NCBI GenBank assembly: GCA_019056805.1
Contig: DXJG01000002.1
Location: 74,735-106,734 of the forward strand
Direction of reading: 5' to 3'
Length of the DNA: 32,000 bases
From: Candidatus Baldrarchaeota archaeon
GTDB lineage: Archaea > Asgardarchaeota > Baldrarchaeia > Baldrarchaeales > DXJG01
Shown here: in pieces, positions 18,765 to 27,587 of the stretch
How the letters are laid out: each line of letters starts with the position of its first letter
Numbering within the stretch: position 1 is the stretch's first letter
Position numbers and translations under genes: made by a program
The notes under the pieces: model-generated
The model's database searches: none
Told to the model about the DNA's origin: nothing
What the model saw: the letters and a program-made list of their open reading frames with translations, nothing else

Positions 18765-19424
18765 TCATAACAGTTTTTTCTGTAAAACACATCTCTCATA
18801 GATCCTTTTGGCAGTTGACCAGGTTTTACGAACACAATCCGGCAGTCTACGGTGTTTTTTTACATAATTTTCCAAAAATTGGACAGTTTTTTTATCTGAA
18901 GGATATCCACTGCCAAAGTCTCCATATATCTTTTTTAACTGCATAATTACTTGATCTCTTCTAACTTTAGCTATAATAGATGCTGCAGATACAATAGGAT
19001 AAGTTTTATCTGCTTCATGCTCGGAAATAATAGTTATTTTTCTCATTGAGGCTGGTAAAAAAGATATAATAGTTTTAGAAAATCTCTCTGGCTTGACATC
19101 CGCAGCATCTACATAAACAACATCAGGATTCAATTCTACGATTATTTCTGACATATATTTTGCCTCTAATGTGTTTAGTGACATTCCTAATATTATTCTG
19201 TCGTCTATTTCTTTTGGACTAATCTCTATTATCTTAATTTTCTCTGCAACCTGCCTAATTTTCTCTGCAAGCCTTTTACGTATATTTGGTGACAGAAGTT
19301 TAGAGTCACGAACACCAATACTATTAAGATGACCTACACTTTCTTGTTTAATCAAAACACCCACAATAACCATCGGCCCTATTACTGGCCCCCTACCTGC
19401 TTCATCGAGACCTAATATATTCAA
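18765..19424 (-). CDS. rnhB: Ribonuclease HII
   Basis: GLDEAGRGPVIGP, VRDSKLL, YVDAAD, VSAASIIAKVRRD, GSGYPSD. Confidence 0.98.
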   Translation of the reverse strand: MNILGLDEAGRGPVIGPMVIVGVLIKQESVGHLNSIGVRDSKLLSPNIRKRLAEKIRQVAEKIKIIEISPKEIDDRIILGMSLNTLEAKYMSEIIVELNPDVVYVDAADVKPERFSKTIISFLPASMRKITIISEHEADKTYPIVSAASIIAKVRRDQVIMQLKKIYGDFGSGYPSDKKTVQFLENYVKKHRRLPDCVRKTWSTAKRIYERCVLQKKLL

Positions 19425-19538
19425 TCTAGTCTTCTCTCCTGCAATGGTCTTTGGAATCTCTTATTATTTGTCACAACTAAAAATTTGGGTAATGTTGATT
19501 AAATGTTATATGTTTGTGAGATCATGGAGGAATGATCA

Positions 19539-20804
19539 TTGTTTAAATGTACTGATAAATGTCCAGCTTATGGATGGTGTCATACAATCCGTGAAATGGT
19601 AGGAAAAAATTATATAAAAGCTGTAGAGATGTTCAAAGAAACCGAAAAACCACAATTTTTTAAACAAATTAGAGAAAAGAGGGTTAGATTTTCTTATCCA
19701 GCGATGAAACCTGTTAACATGCTTAACAGAGATATTTCAGTTGCAGCACTTCAATCATTCCAGAAAAACAACGATAAAAAACTGACAGTATGCGAACCAC
19801 TTTCAGGATGTGGAGTTCGCGGCATAAGATACGCTAAAGAGGTTAAAGGAATCGAAAAGGTCGTAGTTAACGATTGGAGCCCTTTAGCTTTCTCTTTAAT
19901 CAAGGAGAACATAAAAATTAATGATGTCGAAAATAAGGTGAGCGCGTATAATGAAGAGGCGTCGTCATTAATGTGCAAATTCTCTGCTCAAGGTATACGT
20001 TTTGATGTTGTTGATATAGATCCATATGGATCTCCAGTACCATTTTTAGATGCAGCACTTAAAGTTCTAAGAGCTAAGAACGGTTTTTTATGTATTACGG
20101 CAACAGATACAGCAACTCTTTGCGGAGTGTATCCTGAGGCATGTTACAGAAAATATCATAGTAAGCCTTTAAGAACGGAGTATAATCATGAACTTGCTGT
20201 GAGAATTCTTACAGGTTATGTTGCAATGGAAGCCGCTAGATATGACATAGGAGTTAAACCAGTTTTTTCGTATTTTAATGAACACCATTTAAGAATTTTT
20301 TTGGAAACTAACCAAGGTGCAAGACGCGCAAACGAAAGTATCAGAAAGTTGGGGTATATACTACATTGTTTTAACTGTAATCATAGAGAGGTTTTAAAAG
20401 AAATTATAGGATTCTTACCCAACGCATGTAAAGTTTGTGGATCCGATAAAATTGATTTAGGAGGACCTCTTTGGATAGATAAGATAGTAGAAAAAGACTT
20501 TTGCAGAAAAATTTTTACAATTCTCGAAGAAATGAATTTTTATACCAAAAAATACGCATTAAAATTTGTAGGTACAATTCTTGAAGAAGCTGATGCACCA
20601 ATTTTTTACCATAACATTCATAAGGTTTGTAAGGAGGCTAAGGTTCAAGTACCACCTAAGATAATTCTAATTGAAGAATTGAAAAAAAGAGGATTTAGAG
20701 TATATGAAACACACTTCAGTCCCTACGGAATAAAGACAGATGCACCACGCAAGGAACTGTTAGAGATCGTAAAACAGCTACAAGATGACCAACACTTAGT
20801 TTAA
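19539..20804 (+). CDS. trm1: tRNA (guanine26-N2)-dimethyltransferase with an atypical N-terminus
   Basis: LNRD, LSGCGVRGIRY, VVNDWS, FDVVDIDPYGSP.PFLDAA, TATD, CxxC..CxxC zinc finger, GPLW, THFSP.GIKTDAP. Confidence 0.92.
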   Translation: MFKCTDKCPAYGWCHTIREMVGKNYIKAVEMFKETEKPQFFKQIREKRVRFSYPAMKPVNMLNRDISVAALQSFQKNNDKKLTVCEPLSGCGVRGIRYAKEVKGIEKVVVNDWSPLAFSLIKENIKINDVENKVSAYNEEASSLMCKFSAQGIRFDVVDIDPYGSPVPFLDAALKVLRAKNGFLCITATDTATLCGVYPEACYRKYHSKPLRTEYNHELAVRILTGYVAMEAARYDIGVKPVFSYFNEHHLRIFLETNQGARRANESIRKLGYILHCFNCNHREVLKEIIGFLPNACKVCGSDKIDLGGPLWIDKIVEKDFCRKIFTILEEMNFYTKKYALKFVGTILEEADAPIFYHNIHKVCKEAKVQVPPKIILIEELKKRGFRVYETHFSPYGIKTDAPRKELLEIVKQLQDDQHLV

Positions 20805-20841
20805 ACACAGTTATTTACACCTTTGAATTTTTACTAGAGAG

Positions 20842-21453
20842 GTGAAACTGTTGGGAAAAGATTGGATAAGGAAAAGAAAAAAAGATTTCTACTATAGGAA
20901 AGCTAAAATTGAAGGTTTAAGATCTAGAGCTGCCTACAAACTTGCTCAACTCGATAGAAAATTCAAAATTTTTAAAGGAGTCAAAAAAGTCTTAGATTTG
21001 TGTTGCGCACCTGGTGGTTGGTTACAGTATTCCTTGAGCAGAGTAGGGGATGATGGATTAGTTATTGGAGTTGATTTATCCGAAATTTCTCCCCTTCCTA
21101 ATGTATATTTTATTCGAGAAGATATAACACGTGAAGAAACACTAGAAAAAATTGTAAAAATAGCTGGCGGTAAAATTGATCTTGTTTTAAGTGATTGTTC
21201 ACCGAATGTAAGTGGAATTTGGGAATTAGATCATGCCAGACAAATATTTCTTGCCGAGAAAGCTTTGAAAATTGCTGAGAAAATACTTAGGAGAGGCGGG
21301 AAATTTGTTGTTAAGGTCTTTCAAGGGGACCTCTTTAATGAATATTTAGACAAAGTAAAAACAGTTTTTAGAAATGTTAAAGTAACAAAACCTGAAGCTT
21401 CTCGAAAAGAAAGCGCAGAAATGTATATAATAGCTTTTGATTTTATTGGTTAA
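20842..21453 (+). CDS. rlmE: 23S rRNA (U2552-2'-O)-methyltransferase RlmE/RrmJ
   Basis: RSRAAYKL, VLDLCCAPGGW, VLSDCSPN, FVVKVFQG, KP.ASRKESAEMY. Confidence 0.96.
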   Translation: MKLLGKDWIRKRKKDFYYRKAKIEGLRSRAAYKLAQLDRKFKIFKGVKKVLDLCCAPGGWLQYSLSRVGDDGLVIGVDLSEISPLPNVYFIREDITREETLEKIVKIAGGKIDLVLSDCSPNVSGIWELDHARQIFLAEKALKIAEKILRRGGKFVVKVFQGDLFNEYLDKVKTVFRNVKVTKPEASRKESAEMYIIAFDFIG

Positions 21454-21808
21454 TTTCGTTCGAATTCTTCTTTATAAGTTTTAATATCCAATTAGTTAGT
21501 TCCTTACAATTTGCTGGGGTAATTGCGCTTCCAAGTTTACATTCTCTAATATTAGGGCATGTAAAACACGGACATCCATTCAACGTGGTCCATTGTACTT
21601 CTTTTGTTTCAGTTTTAATCGGAATTAGCTTGTATGTCCATCTTCCTTTATAAAGAACTTTCTCTCTCCTAATTTGCCCTTTCTTTTCCAATCTGGCCGC
21701 TATTCTGGACCCTTCTCTACTATTAGTTTTTAGTATTTTCCAAAGTTCACTTTGAAGAATACCCTTTTCTCCTGCACGTTTGATGAGTTCGTATGCTTCT
21801 TCTTCCAT
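21443..21808 (-). CDS. tfeB: Transcription factor E beta subunit (RPC34/hRPC39-like): wHTH plus Fe-S Cys cluster
   Basis: GILQSELWKIL...GSRIAARLEKKG.I.RE wHTH and CPCFTCPNIREC...PANC.EL..WI Cys cluster, immediately downstream of tfb, the known context of this family. ATG 21808 (2 nt after the tfb stop) is preferred. Confidence 0.85.
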   Translation of the reverse strand: MEEEAYELIKRAGEKGILQSELWKILKTNSREGSRIAARLEKKGQIRREKVLYKGRWTYKLIPIKTETKEVQWTTLNGCPCFTCPNIRECKLGSAITPANCKELTNWILKLIKKNSNEINQ

Positions 21809-21810
21809 GT

Positions 21811-22746
21811 TTATTCCCATTTAATGTTTGATGGTATTCTCAAATTTAATCTTTCAACGAGTTCCTTATATCGATTCCTAATGGTAACTTCCGTTACATG
21901 AGCAGTTTCCGCAACTTCTCTCTGGGTTCTCCTCTCATTCGCAAGTATGCTTGCAATATATATAGCTGCTGCAGCAATACTTTTAGGTCCCTTGCCCAGA
22001 GTTATACCTTTCATGTTAGCCTGTTTAATTATGTTAATTGCGATGTTCTGTACTCGGCTAGAAAGTTTAAGTTCGGAGGCAAGTTTAGGAATATAATCGA
22101 TTGGATTTATTGGAGGGAATATTATGCGGAGTTTTTTAGCCAAAAACCTATGATTCCTTCCTATGTCCTTCTTCTTTATTCTTGAGATTTCTGCTATTTC
22201 ATCCAACGTTACTGGAACTTTACATCGGCGGCATGCTGCGTAAATCGCAGCCGCAGCGATTTCCTCAATTGATCGTCCTTTGATTAGATTAAGCTCCATA
22301 GCCTTCCTATAGATAACAGCAGCCGACTCTCTAACATTTTTCGGCAAATCCAGATGCGAGGCTATCCTATTTAATTCCGATAAAGCAAAGATCAAATTTC
22401 TTTCAGTAACATTTGATGCTACTAAGCGTTTTTGAAGTTTACGTAGCCTGTAAATTTGTGCTCGTTTCATTAGAGGTATATTTCTTCCATGTATATCTCT
22501 ATCCTTCCAATCAATCATGGTTGTTAAGCCCTTGTCATGTACCGTATGTGTTACCGGAGCACCAACACGAACTCGTTTCTTTTCCTCTTCTTTATCAAAA
22601 ACACGCCACTCGGGACCGAGATTCTCGATTTTATCCTTAATTACAAGACCACAATTCGTACATATAAGTTCAGCTCTTTCATAATCCTTAATTAGCTCAA
22701 TTTCTCCACATTCAGGACATCTTATTTTTTTATCCTTTTCTACCAC
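21811..22746 (-). CDS. tfb: Transcription initiation factor IIB
   Basis: Zinc ribbon CPECG..CTNCG, GPEWR, HDKGLTT and two cyclin repeats ending [11 protein letters not shown]. Start placed at GTG 22746 after GGAGG. Confidence 0.97.
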   Translation of the reverse strand: MVEKDKKIRCPECGEIELIKDYERAELICTNCGLVIKDKIENLGPEWRVFDKEEEKKRVRVGAPVTHTVHDKGLTTMIDWKDRDIHGRNIPLMKRAQIYRLRKLQKRLVASNVTERNLIFALSELNRIASHLDLPKNVRESAAVIYRKAMELNLIKGRSIEEIAAAAIYAACRRCKVPVTLDEIAEISRIKKKDIGRNHRFLAKKLRIIFPPINPIDYIPKLASELKLSSRVQNIAINIIKQANMKGITLGKGPKSIAAAAIYIASILANERRTQREVAETAHVTEVTIRNRYKELVERLNLRIPSNIKWE

Positions 22747-23020
22747 GCATTTTCCTCCTAGAATGTGCTTTTCTTGGCTTTTTAAAAGATGGAAGTACAT
22801 AAAGAGGTTGTCCAACTAAGCTATCCAAGGATGAATTTTCATTAGGTTTAACAGCTATATAAGGCCTAGAAACCGGACCAAAAACATCTGAAATTTTCCC
22901 TATTTCCGTTAAATCTTTTGTAACAACAACATCACCAATCTTAGGAGCAAACTCTGACCTTAAAATAAGCTTCCTATGAGAAGATATGTGAGAAACTTTT
23001 CCTAATCTTTTCAAAAACAA
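22730..23020 (-). CDS. gar1: H/ACA RNP subunit Gar1/Naf1
   Basis: [31 protein letters not shown]. Confidence 0.9.
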   Translation of the reverse strand: MFLKRLGKVSHISSHRKLILRSEFAPKIGDVVVTKDLTEIGKISDVFGPVSRPYIAVKPNENSSLDSLVGQPLYVLPSFKKPRKAHSRRKMRGRKG

Positions 23021-23121
23021 TCCTCCTATCTACATCTTAATAAGTCGTATCTTATACCTAAAATTTTTCTTAAATTTTTATTAAAAATTTTGCTTTGAGA
23101 GAACATCTAAATTAAAAAGAA

Positions 23122-23424
23122 TCAATTACTGCTACTTCTGATTTCTTTTAATATTTTTCCAATTTTTTTAAGAATCGAAGTTTTCGTTTCTTCATTACTG
23201 ATCTCGACCAAAATTCTTCCTTTATAATTCCACCAATCTTTCGGATATTTTGCATTTGGCTCAATTATCGTTTTTAAACCAAGTTTTCGCGCAGCTTTTT
23301 CTATTTCCATGAGTGTAGGATTGTCAATACTGAACTTTAAGGGGACACGTCTACCTTGATTTCTAGATAATCGCTTATCAAAATAAGCTGTCCATAAGAT
23401 GACGTAATTTCCCCTTTTTCGCAT
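23122..23424 (-). CDS. srp19: Signal recognition particle 19 kDa protein
   Basis: ILWTAYFD..LSR..GRRVP, NPTL.EI..AA..LG, YPKDWW..GRILVE. Confidence 0.95.
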   Translation of the reverse strand: MRKRGNYVILWTAYFDKRLSRNQGRRVPLKFSIDNPTLMEIEKAARKLGLKTIIEPNAKYPKDWWNYKGRILVEISNEETKTSILKKIGKILKEIRSSSN

Positions 23425-23490
23425 ACTTATACCTCAGAATACCTATAAACATAAAACTTTAGTTATTTTTTAAATGAATGAAATATGTAC

Positions 23491-23883
23491 CTACTTTTCT
23501 TTTTCTTTAATTAATATAGCGTTCACAACTCCGTTTTGTCCAGGTCGACTTGTAACTTTTGCTATTCCTATTTCCGTCTTTATAATGGCTCCTCGGGTTA
23601 TTATTCTTCTACGAGAGTAATCTATGTTTGCTGGATTTTCTATTGCATCAAGAATTTTTACCTTCTTAGTTACTCCCGTGTCCGGGTCTGTGACATTAGC
23701 ATATTCAGTAGATAATAATTTTACTTTAATGTTTCCTCCCCGGGTCCGAACGATTTTCCTCTTTTCAGGACCTATAATAGTTTCAGCAGGGTCACGACCC
23801 ATTTCATACTTTCTCTTTTTCCTGAACTTCTTTCTTCTAGCTCCCGTAGGTAATCGCCGTGATTTTCCATGCCATATTCCCAA
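23491..23883 (-). CDS. rps8e: 30S ribosomal protein eS8 (S8e)
   Basis: [49 protein letters not shown]. Confidence 0.97.
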   Translation of the reverse strand: MGIWHGKSRRLPTGARRKKFRKKRKYEMGRDPAETIIGPEKRKIVRTRGGNIKVKLLSTEYANVTDPDTGVTKKVKILDAIENPANIDYSRRRIITRGAIIKTEIGIAKVTSRPGQNGVVNAILIKEKEK

Positions 23884-23977
23884 TTCTGATCACCCTTTAA
23901 CACTCAGCATTAAAGACCTTCAAGATCAAATTTATAAATTTATCTCAGCAATCCTATGCAGAAAGGAGGCGGTGTCA

Positions 23978-24997
23978 TTGGAAAGAACAATCGAATTATC
24001 ACATGGCGCTGGTGGAACATTGATGGAATCGTTAATAAAACAGTTGATTCTACCTAAATTTAAGAAAAAAACTGTTGGAGGTCTAGGTTTAGACGATATG
24101 GATGATGGAGCGTCGATTCCACTAGGTAGTTATGAAATAGTGGTTACAACTGACGGACACACGGTGGACCCTGTATTCTTTCCGGGAGGAGACATTGGCA
24201 GCTTAGCGATTTCTGGAACTATAAATGACCTAGCTGTAATGGGGGCTAAACCTCTAGCAATAACCACTGCACTAATAATAGAAGAAGGTTTTCTAGTCAC
24301 CGACCTTGAAAAGATAATAAATTCTATGGCAAAAACAGCTGAGGATGTTAATGTGGCTATAATTGCTGGTGACACTAAAGTAATGCCCAAAGGACATCTC
24401 GATAAAATAGTAATAGCTACATCAGGAATCGGATTAGTAAAAAAAGGTCAAGTTATAAGTGATGCTGGACTTAAACCTGGTGATAAAATTATTGTAACCG
24501 GCACCGTAGGAGACCATGGAATAGCACTACTAGCTGTGAGAGAAGGATTAAATTTTGAGACTAAACTTCAATCAGACGTAGCCCCAATATGGGAAACAAT
24601 AGATGCAGCACTTAATGTTGGAGGAATTACAGCAATGAAAGACCCAACAAGAGGAGGATTAGCATCAGCATTAAATGATCTAGCAGAGAAGTCAAAAGTT
24701 TCTATATGGATAAATGAAGATTCAATCCCTATTAGAGAGGAAGTTAGAGCAGCTGCTGAAATGTTAGGAATAGATCCTCTTGAAGTTACAAATGAAGGGA
24801 AAGCCATAATCGGGGTCAAACCAGAATATGCAGAGAAGGTTCTAGAAGCTATAAGAAAAACTAAGTATGGAAAGCATGCACAAATTATCGGGGAAGTCAA
24901 AGGAGAAAGACCAGGATATGTTTTCCTTAAAACCACAGTAGGTGGAATAAGAATACTTGAAAAACCCTATGGAGAACCTATACCACGTGTATGTTAA
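23978..24997 (+). CDS. hypE: Hydrogenase maturation carbamoyl dehydratase HypE
   Basis: LSHGAGG, TTDGHTVDPVFFPGGDIG.LA, GDTKV, MKDPTRGG, NEGK and C-terminal PRVC. The start is TTG 23978 after AGGAGG; the ORF-track extension to 23624 is antisense to rps8e. Confidence 0.96.
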   Translation: MERTIELSHGAGGTLMESLIKQLILPKFKKKTVGGLGLDDMDDGASIPLGSYEIVVTTDGHTVDPVFFPGGDIGSLAISGTINDLAVMGAKPLAITTALIIEEGFLVTDLEKIINSMAKTAEDVNVAIIAGDTKVMPKGHLDKIVIATSGIGLVKKGQVISDAGLKPGDKIIVTGTVGDHGIALLAVREGLNFETKLQSDVAPIWETIDAALNVGGITAMKDPTRGGLASALNDLAEKSKVSIWINEDSIPIREEVRAAAEMLGIDPLEVTNEGKAIIGVKPEYAEKVLEAIRKTKYGKHAQIIGEVKGERPGYVFLKTTVGGIRILEKPYGEPIPRVC

Positions 24998-25185
24998 ATT
25001 GTTATCAATAATTTACAAAATTTAATAATTCTTAGTTTTTGCTGTCAGCGAAGCAGCAATTTCAACAATATACATTTCTGCGGTTATATTCTTCTTGAAG
25101 TGATATGACAGTTTAAATAATACATAAATAGAAGCAAGAAGTTAAAAAGAGCAAGATAAGATTATAAACTAATTTTAGGTTACAT

Positions 25186-25572
25186 TTACGTTAATATATC
25201 TAAAATTTTCCTCAAATTCACCATTATTAGTCCAAGTTGAGCTCTTGCATCGGAACTGGCAAGAGCTATAAGTGACATTGTAGGTGACGAAGCGATTATA
25301 ATATATCCCTCATCTCCAACCAGATGAAGTTCTTTAATATTTCCTTTGCCCATTTCTTTACTTAGATTATTTATTTCGTTGATAATTTTTGCAAGTTTTG
25401 CTAATATGATATCACTTGGACTTTTAGAAATGGTTTCAGAGGCAAGTACAGTTCCATCTTTAGAAATAGCAACTAAACCTTCTATAGTTGTTATTTCATC
25501 CATTAATTTTAGAAACACTTTTCTAATTCTTTCTTCACTATGCATGCCTTCCACTTCCCGCAAATAAGCCAT
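25186..25572 (-). CDS. Roadblock/LC7 domain protein (RB1), divergent from the GTPase operon
   Basis: IEGLVAISKDG.VLAS, ELGKG-like EMGKGNIKELHLVGDEGYIII, and C-terminal AQLGLIMVNL helix. Confidence 0.85.
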   Translation of the reverse strand: MAYLREVEGMHSEERIRKVFLKLMDEITTIEGLVAISKDGTVLASETISKSPSDIILAKLAKIINEINNLSKEMGKGNIKELHLVGDEGYIIIASSPTMSLIALASSDARAQLGLIMVNLRKILDILT

Positions 25573-25727
25573 ATAGATTATTACTAAGTAGTTATATTTA
25601 AATTAACCTCTCAGACATATCTCTCTTAGATCTTGTGTTTTATCAGATAATTATGATTTTTACGCTAAAGGTTTAAAAGAAAGTTGACATGATATTTGTG
25701 TAGTTATAAGCGATTAAGGGAAGTAAT

Positions 25728-26012
25728 ATGATCAGTCAAAAATGGATTAAAGATACTATAGAAAGATTAACAAGTCATGAAGGAGTAAAAGGAGTTGTAA
25801 TTACAAGCGCCGAAGGAATACCTCTAAGTTCTACTTTAAGTTCTGATGAAACGGAGAAAATAGCAGCATTTGTTACATCAATCGTAGATAAAGCAAGGAA
25901 AATAATTAACGAGTTGGGAACCGGTAAACTAAATTTTCTAACGGTCGATGCATCAAAAAAGGAGTTACTTATAGCATCTGAGAAGGATTACATTCTAATA
26001 GTCTTAAGATAG
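25728..26012 (+). CDS. Short Roadblock/LC7 protein (RB2), DYNLRB-like, lacking the C-terminal helix
   Basis: RL.S..GV.G......EGIP..ST...KAR...L.FL......E...A..KDY.LIV pattern; 94 aa. Confidence 0.88.
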   Translation: MISQKWIKDTIERLTSHEGVKGVVITSAEGIPLSSTLSSDETEKIAAFVTSIVDKARKIINELGTGKLNFLTVDASKKELLIASEKDYILIVLR

Positions 26013-26044
26013 TATTTAAATTGTAGACCGTGAAGGTGTAAATT

Positions 26045-26509
26045 ATGATAGATGTTAAACTATTTGAAAAAATCCTCAACGATCTAATAAAAAGTGAAAG
26101 TGGAATACGAAAAGTAATCCTTGTAGACAGAACAGGATTAACCATTGCACACGCTTCGAAATTTTCCTATTACCCCGTAGATATCGATGGAATAGGAGCA
26201 ATAGCAAGTGCAGTCTTCGTTGCTAGTGAAGAACAAGGAAAAAACCTAGATATAGGCGAATTAATGTTAGTAACGTCTGAATTTGAACAAGGAAAAATAT
26301 TTGCTGCAAGCTGCGGAAAAGGTGTGCTCTGTGTTATAACAGACTCCGATGTAAATATTGGAATGGTGCGTTTACTAATGAAAAGAGCAGCTACAGAACT
26401 AGGAAAGGTTCTCGATGAATTCCTCGCAGAACAGCCTACATTACCAGCGGCTGAAGATGAAACACGTGACAAATTGAAGTCAGCATTGGACAAATTAGAA
26501 GAATTTTAA
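26045..26509 (+). CDS. Roadblock/LC7 protein (RB3) with a C-terminal extension
   Basis: GIRKVILVDRTGLTIA, IGAIASAVF.ASE..G..L..G, VNIGMVRLLMKRAA, then an extra acidic linker and helix (ETRDKLKSALDKLEEF). Confidence 0.85.
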   Translation: MIDVKLFEKILNDLIKSESGIRKVILVDRTGLTIAHASKFSYYPVDIDGIGAIASAVFVASEEQGKNLDIGELMLVTSEFEQGKIFAASCGKGVLCVITDSDVNIGMVRLLMKRAATELGKVLDEFLAEQPTLPAAEDETRDKLKSALDKLEEF

Positions 26510-26531
26510 TTAGACTTGGAGCGTTACAGCA

Positions 26532-27113
26532 GTGAAAAGAGATAGAGATGGACGAGTACATTTCAAAATTGTATTTTGGGGGCCTTCCCTATCTGGAAAA
26601 ACCACTACTCTTAGATGGATATACGATAATGTTTCAGGTTTATCTAAGGGTGGATTTACCTCCATCGAAGATCCTACCGGAAGGACGTTATATTTTGATT
26701 ATACCCCCCTTTCAGCTAGTGGAGATGTAATTTTTGACGTTTATACAGTTGCAGGCCAAAAAAGACATAAACACCAACGGAAAATCATTTTACAAGGGAT
26801 CGATGGTATAATTTTTGTAGCCGATTCTGATCCATCACAACTTGATGCAAATGAGGAAAGTATGGAAGAATTAAGAGAACTACTAAAAGACCGTCTTGGA
26901 ACAGAAATTCCATTAGTAATTATGATTAACAAAAGAGATCTTCCAAATGCTGCAGATAAAGATGAAGTCCTAGAAAAACTTCATGTCACGAGTATGGATG
27001 TACCTATTTACGAGACAATCGCAACAAAAGGAATAGGTGTAAAAAGAGCTTTCCAAGCGATTGCTAGGGAAGTTTTATTAAGAAGACTTTACAATTTAAA
27101 AACAACGACATGA
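26532..27113 (+). CDS. MglA-like (Arf-related) small GTPase
   Basis: G1 GPSLSGKTT, switch I GRTLYFD, G3 YTVAGQ, ILQGIDGIIFVADS, G4 NKRD, G5 TIAT. Follows the MglA pattern (DRTLFFD/TVPGQ) rather than Ras DxxGQ. Confidence 0.9.
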   Translation: MKRDRDGRVHFKIVFWGPSLSGKTTTLRWIYDNVSGLSKGGFTSIEDPTGRTLYFDYTPLSASGDVIFDVYTVAGQKRHKHQRKIILQGIDGIIFVADSDPSQLDANEESMEELRELLKDRLGTEIPLVIMINKRDLPNAADKDEVLEKLHVTSMDVPIYETIATKGIGVKRAFQAIAREVLLRRLYNLKTTT

Positions 27114-27181
27114 AGATATAATGGTATGTTACATAGGTTTTCATAATCTAGATAAAAATCATAAAACTGGGTGAAACAACA

Positions 27182-27553
27182 ATGTCTGAAGCAAGTAGTG
27201 AAACCTTGGAAGATATACTCAAGGACCTAGAAGCCACAGTACCCGATATCGAAGCCGCTGCAATTGTCAGTATAGAAGGATTACCGATTGCTTCAGCTTT
27301 ACCCGCTGATGTAGACGAGACACGAGTTGCTGCTATGACGGCGGCTATGTTATCTTTAGGAGAAAGGGCTGCATCGGAGTTGGGAAAAGGCGAGCTGGAA
27401 CAAATATTTGTCAAGGGTAAAGAAGGGTACATAGTTGCAATGAGTGCTGGGCCCAGTGCCGTATTAACAGTGACAGCGAGAAAACAAGCGAAGTTAGGTC
27501 TAATTTTCCATTACATGAAACAAACAGCGGAGAAAATAGCAAAAATGATTTAA
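27182..27553 (+). CDS. Roadblock/LC7 (MglB-like) protein (RB4)
   Basis: DIEAAAIVSIEGLPIASAL..VDETRVAAMTAAMLSLGERAASELGKGELEQIFVKG..GY...AKLGLIF. Confidence 0.92.
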   Translation: MSEASSETLEDILKDLEATVPDIEAAAIVSIEGLPIASALPADVDETRVAAMTAAMLSLGERAASELGKGELEQIFVKGKEGYIVAMSAGPSAVLTVTARKQAKLGLIFHYMKQTAEKIAKMI

Positions 27554-27587
27554 TAACAAATATAAACAATTTTTCTAGGGGAAGTTT

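Noticed and set aside
22747-22815. N-terminal extension of TFB in the ORF track
   Set aside because: It overlaps gar1; GGAGG plus GTG 22746 gives a normal zinc-ribbon start.
23072-23090. Perfect AT-only palindrome AAATTTTTA-T-TAAAAATTT
   Set aside because: It contains only A and T within a promoter/terminator gap, so chance occurrence is likely.
23624-23977. Apparent 118-aa N-terminal extension of HypE in the ORF track
   Set aside because: It is antisense to rps8e; a clear AGGAGG plus TTG start lies at 23978.
26704-26709. C6 run in the GTPase gene as a second slippage site
   Set aside because: It is short, the frame is intact and all G motifs are present.
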